64,000 nucleotides of DNA from Vitrella brassicaformis CCMP3155 (taxonomy: Eukaryota > Protista > Chromerida). The translations under genes and the position numbers were made by a program. Every line of letters starts with the position of its first letter. Within the stretch, counting starts at the first letter, position 1. This document shows, piece after piece, positions 49,401 through 61,220 of this stretch. The notes under the pieces were generated by a model that was not told the origin of the DNA, searched no databases, and saw only the letters and a list, made by a program, of their open reading frames with translations. Location of the stretch: NCBI GenBank assembly GCA_001179505.1, contig CDMY01000656.1, positions 62,001 through 126,000 of the forward strand, in the 5' to 3' direction.

Positions 49401-50954
49401 ATACTCACAGCCCACCCCACGGTGCTGTCCTTGATGTATGTATGTGTGTGTGGCAGCCCCCGAGTCGCCCAAGCTGCAGAAGAAGGGCACCCGGCACGTG
49501 CAGATCATGCTCGAGGACGACGAGGATGAAGAGGAGGAGCTGATGCCGTCGCCAACCAAACCTCCACCTGCACCAAAGGCCGCACCGACCGAAGAGGACA
49601 TTGCCAAGATCAAAGCCAGGCAAGAATGCCCGAGACACAACATACGGAAACAGCCATGTACCGATTTCTACGCTCTTTGCGTGCAGGGAGCAGCGTCGGG
49701 CACAGATAACCAAGGTCGCAGGTCGCGTCAAGACGCTGATCGGTGCCCTCTTCGTGTCGGCCGACAAGGACAAGGAGGAAGAGGCCGCACCGCCACCGCC
49801 GCCCGAAGGTGAAGAGGCCCCCATCCTGGAAAGGCGAAGCACCCGGCTGGAGGCACAGCTGGCGCTGAGGGAGCTGCCGCTGCTCATTGAGACATTCGAC
49901 AAGTAATCAAGAAGACACACATACATTTTCTCACTTGCTGAACATGACCTCGGTCTTCTCCATATGTGCTGAAGGGTGGGTCGTCTGATAATGCGGCTGT
50001 CGTCCCTTCTCGGTGCTCTGGGTTCTGAGGGAGGCGGCCCAGGCCCTCTCCGCTCTCCCAGAGGCGTGACTGGATCCATTCTGGGTGCCCGTGGGTCGAC
50101 CCTCAACCAGTCGCGAGGCGGCCCTGTCATCGTCACGACCTCCGCCGACACAGCGGCCTTCAGGAGACAAGGAAGCGGCGGATCCTCTGCAGCCAGCGGT
50201 GTTACCGGTAGTGTGACGAGCCCCCCAGTGATATCTGTTCCTGCTGGTCAAGGCCTATCTCCTGGGGGGCTCGCAGTCCCCAAGCAGCAAGCAGGCAACA
50301 GGCTGGCTGTGGGTCAGCGCTCTCAAAACAGAAAGGAGTCATCATTTGCCTTCGCGAGTGAGAAAATACCCTGCAAATCGACCTCTGGTCATATGCATCT
50401 CGCCTTCTTTCTGTCTCCGCTATGTGATTTATGCAGTGCTCCCAGGACAAATGGCCCCGGACGAGAGAGCGACAGGGAGAGACAGCCCCGAGCTACGACC
50501 CGGTAACACCACCACTAGTACAGGCCGCACATCCCCCCCACCCCCACCTGCACACCCACCCCCAGCAGTCAGCCAACAGACCACACAACCCGCTGCCGCT
50601 GCCGGCAGTGGTGGTGGTGGTGGTGCACCGCCAATGATCATAGAACAGCCCCCGGTCGTCCAGAGACACCAGACACGGCCACTGCCCGCTAGTGCCAGCA
50701 TCGGCGGTGGGGCGGCAGTCCATCGACAGCAGACGAGAAAGGGGGGTGAGAGACGTGTGCGGACAGCCACTAATGAATCGCAAGTGTCAGCTGACGGCGG
50801 CGACCGCACACCGGGGCAGCAGGGGCGGCAGCGCAGAGACCGGAGGGGCAGCGCCGCATACTATCTGGGAGAGGCGGATGATGTGGCCACATTCATGAAG
50901 AAAACTCCCAGCAGCAGCTCCAGCAGTTCCAGCAGTAATCAGCACCCAAAGTGA
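23360..50954 (+). CDS. Giant type-I membrane protein: signal peptide, Ig-like/beta-sandwich modules, many dozens of GCC2/GCC3 (ephrin-receptor-like) Cys repeats, juxtamembrane domain, one TM, very long cytoplasmic coiled coil; roughly 5-6 thousand aa by estimate
   Basis: Signal MRGSGLSWFMVALLVTSSFPLLHA. Exon 1 (23360-25657) splices in frame (LT|FNSGNWAVRQTV). CPxG(Y/H/F)(Y/F)C repeats run from ~26000 to ~41100. TM WWIVLIVTICVVAMFIVLVSAL at 42711-42776. E/Q/K/R-rich heptad exons run ~43100-49900, and the protein ends SSSSSSSSNQHPK* at 50954. Not every junction was verified, and one region is in the N gap. Confidence 0.8.
30521..30820. other. Assembly gap (300 N) flanked by (GGGA)n repeats, inside the giant gene
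   Basis: N run from 30521 to 30820, with gagggaggga on both sides. Confidence 1.
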
Positions 50955-52132
50955 AAGTTCTGTCCCTTACAGATTGCAAAAATCTCGCAGCATGCAGACG
51001 TGCCTCATTCTATGTGTGGATTGCTTGTCGGTTTCTCTGTCTATCTGATTGTGCATGCAGCTTAGCATGAGTGCATATTCTGTGTGTGTAATTGGAAAGG
51101 GTCAACTCTGGAAGACCCTGTATTACCTCTTGGGAAAAGCGGAAGAGCATCGACAAACGAACCAGAGGAAACCGAGTTCCTGCCAAGAGACAACGAGACA
51201 TGCGGACCGATGGATGCTATGTCATTGTGGCAGTCATATGTGTTTGCGCCAATACGTCTCTTTGTCATATCAACGTGTCTGCGTGTCTGCTGGGTGCGAA
51301 TGATCACGGTAGACACTAGACAAGGCCGGGCTTTCAGGCAGGCCGTGCATGGACACGCGTGTCTCCAAAGTAGTAAACGTCGACAGCCTGGCGAGGCCAG
51401 CGTTTATGAAATGCCTGCGTGCATCTGTGCGTCCATGTGTGATGCCTTTTTCCATCCACACTTTCTGTGGTCTGACTTATTGACAAGTCTACACGTAGAC
51501 CCCCTCTTGTAGATCAATGGCCCATGAATGGTCTAATTTGATTGCAACTCATCGGGGGGGATCAGCCCATTGTCAGCCCCCGCCGTCAGTGAACGGGTCA
51601 TTGGGGCGAAATAGGCACAGATACCTGCATGAATGGCTGGACGGCTCGAATTGCTACTGCCTCAGGTATGCGTCGGCCGTATGCTGGTGTGGTGGAAGCC
51701 TGGCTTTCTTGGCGTCAATTAGCCCACTGCACTGCTTGATGTCCACGCCGTCTGCGTCACCATCACTTCACATGGCCTGTACACACACATGAATGTGGCT
51801 GTATGAATGGGGCTGTCTATGGCTTGGCTGACCTCAGGCAGCAGGGTGTAGGGCCTGTGGCGAGGGGCTCTGACGGCCTGGTCGTTGGTCGTGGGCAGCA
51901 GCAACAGAGACAAGTAACCGTCAGTCACTGTCAGTCGGCACACACACACAGCCACGCACATCCGTCCATGTGTCCACACACACGATCCACACACAGTCGC
52001 CAAGACATCACACACGTCGTGCAGTGACACACACGCGAGAGTCCACCCAGTAGGCCTACCTGGTCGGATAATTGCAGCAGCAGGTTGATTCGGATGGCCC
52101 TTCCGCGGAAGACAACAAGATCACCCGTTGCT

Positions 52133-52929
52133 TATACGTTGCCTCGCCTCAGACTCGGCCATCGGCGCACTGCAGTGAGAGCCACAGATGGACACATAAC
52201 AGAAAGCGATACATCCACTCATTGACAAGTGCCTCCGTCTGTCTGTCTGTCTGCCTGTGTGTCTGTCTGTCTGTCTGCCTGTGTGTCTGTCTGTCTGTCT
52301 GTCTGTATGCCTGCCGGTGTTCTGCTCACCTAGCTGCCTTCTCATGCGGGAAAAGACTGAACACCCATCTCGTGGCGTCCAACAGGATGTCTGCACGTAC
52401 AACAGGCGCACCATCCACGCACCTGTCTTGCGTGTCACGACGTCCTCACATCTCACTCACCTGGCGCGTCTATTTCGATGCGGATGGGATTGTCCCAGGT
52501 CCCCTCAGATGGCTCGAAAACGTCCGTCACCAGGTCATCAGTGAGACGGTTGCGCGTGAACAGCTCCTCTGCGCCATTGTTCACGTAAGTAAAGCGTGGC
52601 GGCAACGGTATGATGTCCTCCTTGAACCAGACGTGTGGGATGGCTGCCCGAGCCTTCACATGCTCTACGATGGCTGCGGTGAATGTCAGGATGCCAGTTT
52701 CGTCGAGATATGGCACTCTGAACAGGGAGACCAGCCGGTAGGGCTTCCGTAGCCTACTCCTCTGCCACACGTCCACCCACTTGTAGTGAATCATCGCAAC
52801 CACCACCCGTGTCAACGGAATGGTTTCATGGAATGTCCTAGGATCGTGTTTACACAGCGGGTCGCGCGTTTCTTTCCCGGCATGCAGCATTCGCGATGCG
52901 CCATTTGGGTTATCCTCTTTGGCCTTCAT
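52133..52929 (-). CDS. Hypothetical protein (long first exon 52460-52929, possible further exons)
   Basis: 158-codon ORF with globular-looking sequence (LVSLFRVPYLDETGILTFTAAIVEHVKARAAIPHVWFKEDIIPLPPRFTYV...) ending at a CAG|GTGAG donor. No family recognised; start codon and 3' end uncertain. Confidence 0.4.
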
Positions 52930-55900
52930 CGGCTCCTCATTGCCGCACAGGAGGCGTCAGAGAGCCTCTTCGCTTCAATTGGAAGCAATGGAGCTGTCAC
53001 AGCTGTCGCTGACGCCCCCGCAGCCGACGATGAAGCCCTTGAAGACGATGAATTCGACTTTGGTACACACAATGAGCAGTGCCACCCCCAGGGCAGAAGT
53101 GAGTTTCATTGTCTTTGTGCGTCTTGGTTTCTGTCTTAACAGGTCCGCCCCAGCAATGGTCACCGAAGGCATACATCTACGCCCACTTCGCGCGATTCAA
53201 AGACTCTGAGGATGATGAAACAGAGGGCGCTGCGAATATACAGTCCCCGAAGTCAACTTCAGAGGAGGAGGAGACGTCTCAGACGGACCATCTGAATGGG
53301 GCTTCACTGCCTGATCCGAATGTGCAACGACGGCCGAAAGACGCTAATGCTACAATGGAGGAGCCCCCTGTCGAGATCAACGATGAAGAAGAAGAAGAGT
53401 TTGAGTACGACACAAGCGAGTCCGTCGACCAACCCCTACCCCTCCGCCCATCACCAGCTCCTCAGCCATCAGACGAACCGCCGCCATTGAATGGAGATGG
53501 AGTGGCGCAGCACGATAACACCACTGAAGACAGTGCCACCGATGGCAGCCGAGGCCCCAGCACCATGTCGATTATCACATCCTTTCTGTGGTGGCTCTTC
53601 CATTGCATCATCTGGTGGCTGACGAGGGCCATGACATGCGTCATGCTGGGATGGACGGGCGCAGAGGTCGTGGGCTTCGTTATGGCTCTGCCCAGGTCGC
53701 CATTGGGGTCGCCCGGCGCCGCTGATGGCGACAAGGGCGATGAGGGGACACAGCAGGGCACATCGCAGTCGCAGCAGGACAGTGAGGGAGGCAGCTCTTC
53801 CTTGCAGCCCGAAGTTCTCGACCGATTTACTCTGGCCCTCACATTCGCGTGCAACATCTGGTGGGCTTAAGGGATGCCGGGAACGTACTACATGCATGTA
53901 TGTATATCGCGTGTCGTGTTTGGTCATTCATGGTCAGGTGTTTCTGTTCGGTGAATTTCTACAAGGTGGGCTTTGTGGTTGCACTGGTGGTCGCTGCCAT
54001 CAAGACCGGAAGCAGCGTCGAGTGGCAGGTCCGTACGTCACGTGGGCTTGATTGACATTTCCCGCTATCTGTCTGCGCTTTATTCTCGTGTGTTGCCTAT
54101 CTGTCTGTCTGTCTGTCTGTCTGTAAGTGGATCACCGGTGTGGTGGCTCTGTACATATTCGGCCAGCTACTTGGGTACGATTGGCTCCTGCAGCCCATTC
54201 CCTATGTTCCCATCTTCTCGGTCAGCTGGCCACACAGATCACCAGTGATGATTGAATGCCCCTATCTACCTGTCCATATCTCCCTCCCTCCCTCCCTCCC
54301 TCCCTGTGTGTATGTTGCAGCTGGTAGTACGGTCCCTTGTGGCTTTCATCAACGCAGTCATGCTGCGTGACCTCGTCGCACCGCCCTCATCCACCACCAG
54401 CCGCCAGTGGGCGGACTTCTGCCGCTCGTACGACGCCTCCTTTCTAGCTGCCAACCCGGCCATCGCCAGGCAGGCCAAGGAAGACAAGGACACGGGCGAT
54501 GGCCGGCCAATATACCAAAACCAATATGATGATGGTATTAGAGGGGTGAAGGAGAGAAAGGGGTAGGTCGACCCAGGTGTATGTGTTTGTATGTGTGTGT
54601 GTGTATGTGTGTGTGATAGGTCTTGGTATAGGGTTCAACAGCCCCTGGGTGCTGGTGAGTTCTTGGCTGCTCTTCGCCTATTGGATGAACGTGCTGACCT
54701 CCCTGATCATCGCCTTCGACATTGCAGTCTCGTTGGGCTTCACTGTGTGGATCACACAGGTGGGCAGGGCACAACCTGTCTCTCCTTCTCTTCTTTACAC
54801 CTGTGTGTGTGCGTGAATCATAATATGCCTGCATTGCAGCCTACCTACATGCTTCGCAAGCTGATAGCCGACGAGGGGATGCGGTCATGCTGGTCCTTCA
54901 CCTTCCTCCTCCACGTCATCATCCTCACACTCATAGACCTACCGTGGATCTCCACACCAAGGGTACCCACACACATACACATACATACGCCTCAACAACA
55001 GAAAACCCACCCAAATTCCTCCTGCCCCCCTCTGTGTGTGCAGGCGTGGCGAGATGCGTATTGGCGCTTCCCCGAATCATTCCAGCGGGCCACCCGCGCC
55101 ACACAGCATCACCATTTCCACTTCCACCACTGGATGCCCAAGATGCCCAAGAAAGCCCTCACAGCCGACACACCTAGGAGTAGCAACAGCACCCTGACGG
55201 CCGCCACCGACGACGGCCAACAGCAGCCCCTTTCGGCCACACCAACCCACCGCACACTCGAAGACTTCTTGGACGAGATCTCGATTGCGCGGTTCAACCA
55301 AACAGCGCTTCTCGGCTCTGGGCGGGACGGCAGTGGATATTCTTTTCACTACCACACGCACCGGGACGTTCCTCCTCACCTCTCTCTACCCCTCCCGAGC
55401 AGCATCGACCTTGACAGTCTCATCAACATGGCGGCCCTCCAGGACACCCTGCAGCTGACCCTCATGGCCGGCCTGGTGAGAGACATGTCTCACCTGCCAT
55501 ATCCCAACCTGGGCGGCATCAAAGTCCCACGCCAGCTGTCGGCGTCGCTTCAGTTCCCTAGGGCGTTCAACATGGACCCCTTCTTTGTGGAGATGTGGAC
55601 CGAGCTCCCGTTGCCGGTGTGGAGCTCCTACCGGGCGGCGGTGGCGCTGCTGGGTCTGGTCATATGTGCGGTGATGGCCACACGGCGGTATGGGTATTGG
55701 GTTGACGGGCCGCACACGCTCATGCAGCCCGGGACGCTGTTCTGTCTCAACGAAATTGTCTTTATCGGTGGGTCTTTTTGTGCACTTTTGGGCAGATCAG
55801 ATGAAAAAGGGCCTCCCTCCTGGACGGGAGACTGAATGTATGTGTGTGTTGTGTTGTGTTGTGTTGTGTGCAGCCATCATGCTGGACTTTCTTTTCCTGT

Positions 55901-58439
55901 GTGGGGGCACCTTCTATTGGGCGCACTTCCTGTGTGCCTTCCTGATCACCATGCTGGCGTCCATCCTGCTGGAAAAAGCACAGGACGACTTCGCGGTGAG
56001 CATGATATGCGTGCGCCCGGACCCCCACTCTCTCTGTTCCGTATGTGTCTGTCGATCTGCCTGCGTGTGTGCAGAGATGCGAGCCGGCAATAGTCGATGA
56101 TCTGCATCGCAGCTTCCACTTCAGCCTCTACCTCTCCCGTGTCTCCCTCAAGACAAGTGCCAAGGATCCCCCGCAACCACCCGCAGCAGCCGCAGCCGCA
56201 ACCGGCCCCAGCGAATGTCAGGCCACATTCACTTGCTCAGACGGCCGCACACGAGGCCTCCTGGTGCGCCCTGCGCCGGGCTATACCGGGCCGCCTCCCG
56301 ACCTCGGTGATGGGGAGGGCATTCTGCAGTCCGACATTGATGCTCTGACAGCGGGCTGCAGCAGCACCACCGTGTCGCTCCCCTCCTGCATGCGTCGCCT
56401 CTTCTGCACGTCGACCTACAGCGGCCTCGAGAACGGCCTGTCGATGGATGTTCCGGTCGACGACGTCTTCGCCGTGGGGCGGGACACATTCGACTCCAGC
56501 CACGCGAGATACCCCCACACGCTGCTGACCCTCCAGGCCATCTACAAGGAGTCCGGCAAGCACATGGCGATCTCCCGGCCGCCTCCGCCAGAGCCGCCCG
56601 GCATGACGCCGGCGAAGACAGAGGAGGAGATAGCGCGTGAAGCGATGCGGGAGAGGGTGCGGACGGCCATCGAGGCGGCGGATGCGGAGGTGGGGCTGGG
56701 CCCCAAGACTTATGGGGCTTGCGGGATGGGACTGAGTCTCAAGGGGGTGAGGCGGGCGGCCGAGAACCTCTCGCGCAAGCCCATGCTGCGGCCTGAGCCA
56801 TTCGCTGCCAGCAGTGGCAGTGGCAGCGGATCCCCACAGTCTGCTCGAAGGCGGAGCGCAGAGGTAACCAACCCGATCCACACACAACCGAATCGACACA
56901 CTGGACTTCCTGTCTCCTTGTTTGCAGGAGCCATTCCGCCCAACTACAAGTCGGCAGCCGAGTCCTTCTGGCGGCCCCGAGATGACCTACCCGCGAGAGC
57001 AACAAGCCGCGGCCACCGCCAAACCTTCACCCTCACCGTCACCCCCACCGCCCCAATCTCCTGCATCAGACGCCTCGTCACGGTCGACGGCGGCATCGAA
57101 TGGCCGCAGACAGGGGGGAGGAGACGGCCAAACAAAGAAGACACCAGGCCCAACACCTGCACCGCTATCGCCGTCACGGCCCCCGCCTGCTGAGCAGGCA
57201 CCCACGAATGACGAGAGGGATGAGGCGGGGCGCAAGGGCGACCGGCGGTTCTCCCAGCCGCCCACGCGGCAGGTGTTTCTCCCCCTGGCCATCCGGGTGC
57301 TGCTGCTGTACTGTGTGTTTCGGCTGCTGTCGGGCTACACGGCCTTTCTCATGATGCACAGCCTGCGACGCAAGTACCAGCCGCCGGGATTCTTCTCTGA
57401 CCCCGCCACCAGCGACATCGGCGGTGTGGGTGTGGGTTTGGGTGTGAGGAGGGTGGCGGATGACGGGAGTGAGCTGCAGGAGCCGGGCTGGAGCTGCCTG
57501 GCGGCCGCGCTGCCCCTCATCGACTGCCAGGCACCCTTCCCCTACGCCTATCGCACCACCAACCATGGCATGGTCGCCATGCCCTTCATCCAGCAGTATC
57601 CCTTCCTCAACCGTACCTTCAGCCCCCCCGTTGTCCACCTGCACGCGCACCTCTACGGGCCCCTCACACGCAGCAGAGTGGCTGTCGTGCAGCCCCCAGA
57701 ACTCCTGCAGTGGGCACCATCTAGAAACAGGAGTGCCCCTGCCACCTTGGCATCGTATCAGTCGGCCCCCATGTCCGCCCTTGGCCTTCACTGGCTGGAC
57801 ATGGGCATCAAATGGCTTGTGAGCGGCTTGCTCCCAAGTCAGCTGACCACCACAGAGACGACAGAGGCCTCCTTTGAGGAGCCACCTCCCAGCAACGGCG
57901 GACATGCTTTGGACGACCATCTCACATCTGGGCCGCCGAATGGGTCAGAGAAGGTCGCTGGCGGGGAGGAGCGGGCGAGGGCGGTGGAGTGGGTTTCTGG
58001 AGCAGCAGATTCCGTCACGGCTGGCAGTGGCGATGTCTCTGCCTCTGTACCTATCATCGCTGCTGACGAGTGCTGGCCCACACGTCACCTGCCGCCCCTC
58101 ACCTACCCCTTCTGCACCTTCCAGCAAGTCGGCTTCTGGGACCCACTCCCAACCATCGCGTGAGGGAGGGAGCCACATGAAATAAATGCCCACAGACAGA
58201 CAGCCAGAGAGACGCATCCATTGAAGCACCTGTGTGTGTGTGTGTGTGTGTGCAGGGTTGACGATTTCGACACGGCGAGTGCGTTGTATGGTGCGTGGGT
58301 GGGGCCGTGGATGAGCGGGACGCTTGCGCCGCCGCCGGGGCAGACCCCTCGTGGCCCCGTGCAGTTTTATCTCCATTTGCATGCGCACCTCAACGAGACA
58401 CTCAGCAGGAGGGGGCTGGGGGCTTACAGAACTTTTTGA
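52882..58439 (+). CDS. Large secreted-pathway polytopic membrane protein of unknown function (multi-exon)
   Basis: Signal-like MQHSRCAIWVILFGLHRLLIAA, an acidic low-complexity region, then many hydrophobic segments (IITSFLWWLFHCIIWWL; FYKVGFVVALVVAAI; WITGVVALYIFGQLL; WVLVSSWLLFAYWMNVLTSLIIAF; FTFLLHVIILTLI; AAVALLGLVICAVM; IMLDFLFLCGGTFYWAHFLCAFLITMLASIL; FLPLAIRVLLLYCVFRLL). Exons join in phase through GT-AG introns; ends GAYRTF*. Confidence 0.7.
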
Positions 58440-58699
58440 TAGAGCGACGACCTGACACAGTTTGCCGACAGTGGATGAGTGAGTGGATCACATGTTGGTC
58501 GATGAGCTAATGGCCAGCCAGTGCAGTTGCGGACAGCTACAATAACATGCGTCAAGCGATTCAGTTGTGACACAGACAGACAAGGAAGGCACAGACAGAA
58601 TGGACACACACCACACCACCGTCTGTCTCCTATATCGCTTCCTTCTTAAGGCTCTCTCTCTCTGCTCCCGTCTGCCCGCCTGCCTGTCTGCCCGTCACG

Positions 58700-60323
58700 T
58701 CACTCACACGGCCGCTTCACCACCACGAGTATGTCCCTCATCAGATAGACATTCTTCCCGCCCGCAAACTCATATCGCCCCGCGGTGGCACACTCGGCTG
58801 CCTCGGTGGTTGCGCTTGTCCCCCGTGTGTGTGCCTCATCTGCCCTCTCGTTGATGCGCACCACCTGCAGCCCCGCCCGGCCGACGAGCGTCGTCACCAT
58901 CTCCCGACACATGAAGTAGAAGCCGCCCACTGAGTATTTCTTCTGCCGAGCGAACCGAGACCAACCACCACTGCACAAAATCACACACACACACACACAA
59001 ACATGTTCGTCTATTGTGTGTCTGTCTGTGTTTATGTGTGTTGTGTGTGCTGTGCCGGCGTCCGTCAGTACGGTGAGGTGAGATCAGCGAATGAGAGGAA
59101 GCAGAGGCCTCCGGGCTTGAGCGACCGCCGGATGTGTGTGAGGTAGGTGAATGTGACGTGCAGGTCCAGATGCGGGAAGACGTCCACACTGTACATGACG
59201 TCAAACCTGTGTTGGTTAAACGAGAGACACACAACACACACATCAGCCACGACCACAGGCATGGCATGGCGGCCTGCCAGTGAGTGTCGCAGACAGACCT
59301 CTCCGTGTAGCTTGGTGGCAGATCGGGGCTGTCGAGCAGATGCAGGTCGACCGATGGCATGGCGGCATCATCCTCTGCTGCTGCTGCTGCTGCTGATGTT
59401 TCAGGAAAGGGCGGGCCTGTCCGAACTCTAGCAAGGTCTCTCAACGCCTGCAGCGCACCAGACAGAATGACAGCCAATACACCTGTGTGGTTGCTCCATC
59501 CATCCATCGCACCTGTTTGGCCTTCTTGAGCATCTCGCTGCTGATGTCGAAGGCCACAAGCGTGTCGATAGCAGCCAGGCCGTTCTCCTCCCTCACCGCC
59601 CCTCTATTCTTTGGAACCCTCCTGAGCAGCTTGGACGCCACACGCGCGCCGCCTACACCAATCTCGCCCACAGTGAGGCCACTCGTTTTGCCACCGTGCT
59701 GCTCCCGAGAGAAGAGCGGCAGCAGCCAATTGGACACGATCTCATCCAGCGACTGCTCACACACATAGGTGCAGACAGTGTCTTCATACTTTAAGGCGGT
59801 TTCTGTCCATCATGTGTGTGTTTTCTGACCTTTGTGTCCGACCACTCGCTGCCCAGGAGGGGGACAGACAGGTCATGGTGCTCATCATCCGCGGCAGTCT
59901 CTTGAGAGCTACCACTGGCGGTCTGCTGCTGCATCCGCTGCACCCAGGGCTGCTCTGCACGCCAGCTCTTGGCATACTGATGATGAGGGAGATGTGGCAC
60001 ACACAACACAGAATGCACAGAATGGATGTGTGGTGCTTGTGAATGCAGTCGTGATTGCATTGCGCTTGCCTCGTTCCACAGTTTTTTGTTTGTTTCGAAG
60101 TTGCCCGCATCTGAGTATACCACAGCGCTGTGGCACACAGACACACACACAGACAGACAGTAGAATGAGCTCATCTATCTATGGCCTTTTTCATGCCCGC
60201 TGATCTGTCACTGACTGACCTGTTGAGTGTCTGCACGAGCTGCACGAGAAGAGGGTTGCCGCCGCTGGTGGACTCGGCGCCCTTCAGCCTGTCCTCAAAC
60301 GACTCCACACTGTCCTCCTCCAT
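58700..60323 (-). CDS. Class I SAM-dependent methyltransferase (Methyltransf_11/25-like)
   Basis: MEEDSVESF...NKKLWNE|YAKSW; motif I VGEIGVGGARVA; LVAFDISSEMLKKA; FDVMYSVDVFPHLD...IRRSLKPGG.CFLSFADL; ends RDILVVVKRPCE*. Confidence 0.88.
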
Positions 60324-60441
60324 CGTACCCAAGCTGGTCCTTCTCGCCCCTCAAAACCCAAGCCGCTTAGGGTGCTGCATGAAACCGCTGCTGCAAACCC
60401 ACAGGAATAGGGATTGGGCTGGATACGCGGAGTCGCCGAGA

Positions 60442-61220
60442 ATGGCAGGAAGGATGCTCGATGCTGTGTTTTTGCTTGTCATCATCGCATCATTCGAGGT
60501 CTTGAACTCATCTACCTCACCACGCCAGACGTGTGTGCGGTGTGTGTGTGTCAGGTGCTCGCTGTTCAATCCGACATCACCAAGGCCATGATCCTTCGTG
60601 AGGTTCAAGAGCTGAAGCAGCAGAGCTCTCAACTGGATGAGAATTTCAAGCTGGCGACCGCTGCCCAAGATGCCATCATCCGCCAGGTGCACAGTAACAA
60701 GCGCCATTACGGAGCTGAATCGGGCGCGGTCAGTGGCCTTGTGGGTGGCGCCATCCTTAGCGCTGTAGGCCTCTCGCTTTTCAACCCCATGGCGAGCGCA
60801 CCGACCGTGTTGCTCACGACGTTGGGGGGCGGTGCGGTTGGTGGAGTCACTGGCGGTCTCACTGGCGGCATCACTGCGGACGCATACGTCAAGCGACACC
60901 TGCCTGACTGCGTGACGGACGAGTGTGTGGATGCAGTGCTCGGCTGGGCCACAGGATTTGGCTGCCTCACTGGAGCGATCGCTGGTAGTGCTGCAGGCGG
61001 AGCCACGGGGACATTGGCTGGTTACCTGGGCAGTCGGCCTTAGGTGCTCGAGAACCTGAAGGCCCAGCTGGCCGGCCCGCCGGGACAAGCTATCACGACT
61101 GGGATAGGAGCTGGGATAGGCCTGGAAGGCTTGCAGTTCGCGAAGGAACGAATCCGCAAGATGCACCTCAGAATCACTCATCGCGCCGAGGAGCTTGAGC
61201 GCATAGCCCTTCAGCAGTAA
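60442..61220 (+). CDS. Small secreted glycine-zipper protein; TAG at 61041-61043 followed by 58 further in-frame codons to TAA at 61218-61220
   Basis: MAGRMLDAVFLLVIIASFE|VLAVQSD (signal), a coiled segment, then GAESGAVSGLVGGAILSAVG, LGGGAVGGVTGGLTGGITA and GFGCLTGAIAGSAAGGATGTLAG. After the TAG: VLENLKAQLAGPPGQAITTGIGAGIGLEGLQFAKERIRKMHLRITHRAEELERIALQQ*. Confidence 0.7.

Noticed and set aside
9949-61043. Genome-wide reassignment of UGA or UAG
   Set aside because: Conserved genes end properly at TGA (VAMP7 at 22678, MLH1 FERC-TGA), and family paralogs end at TAG.
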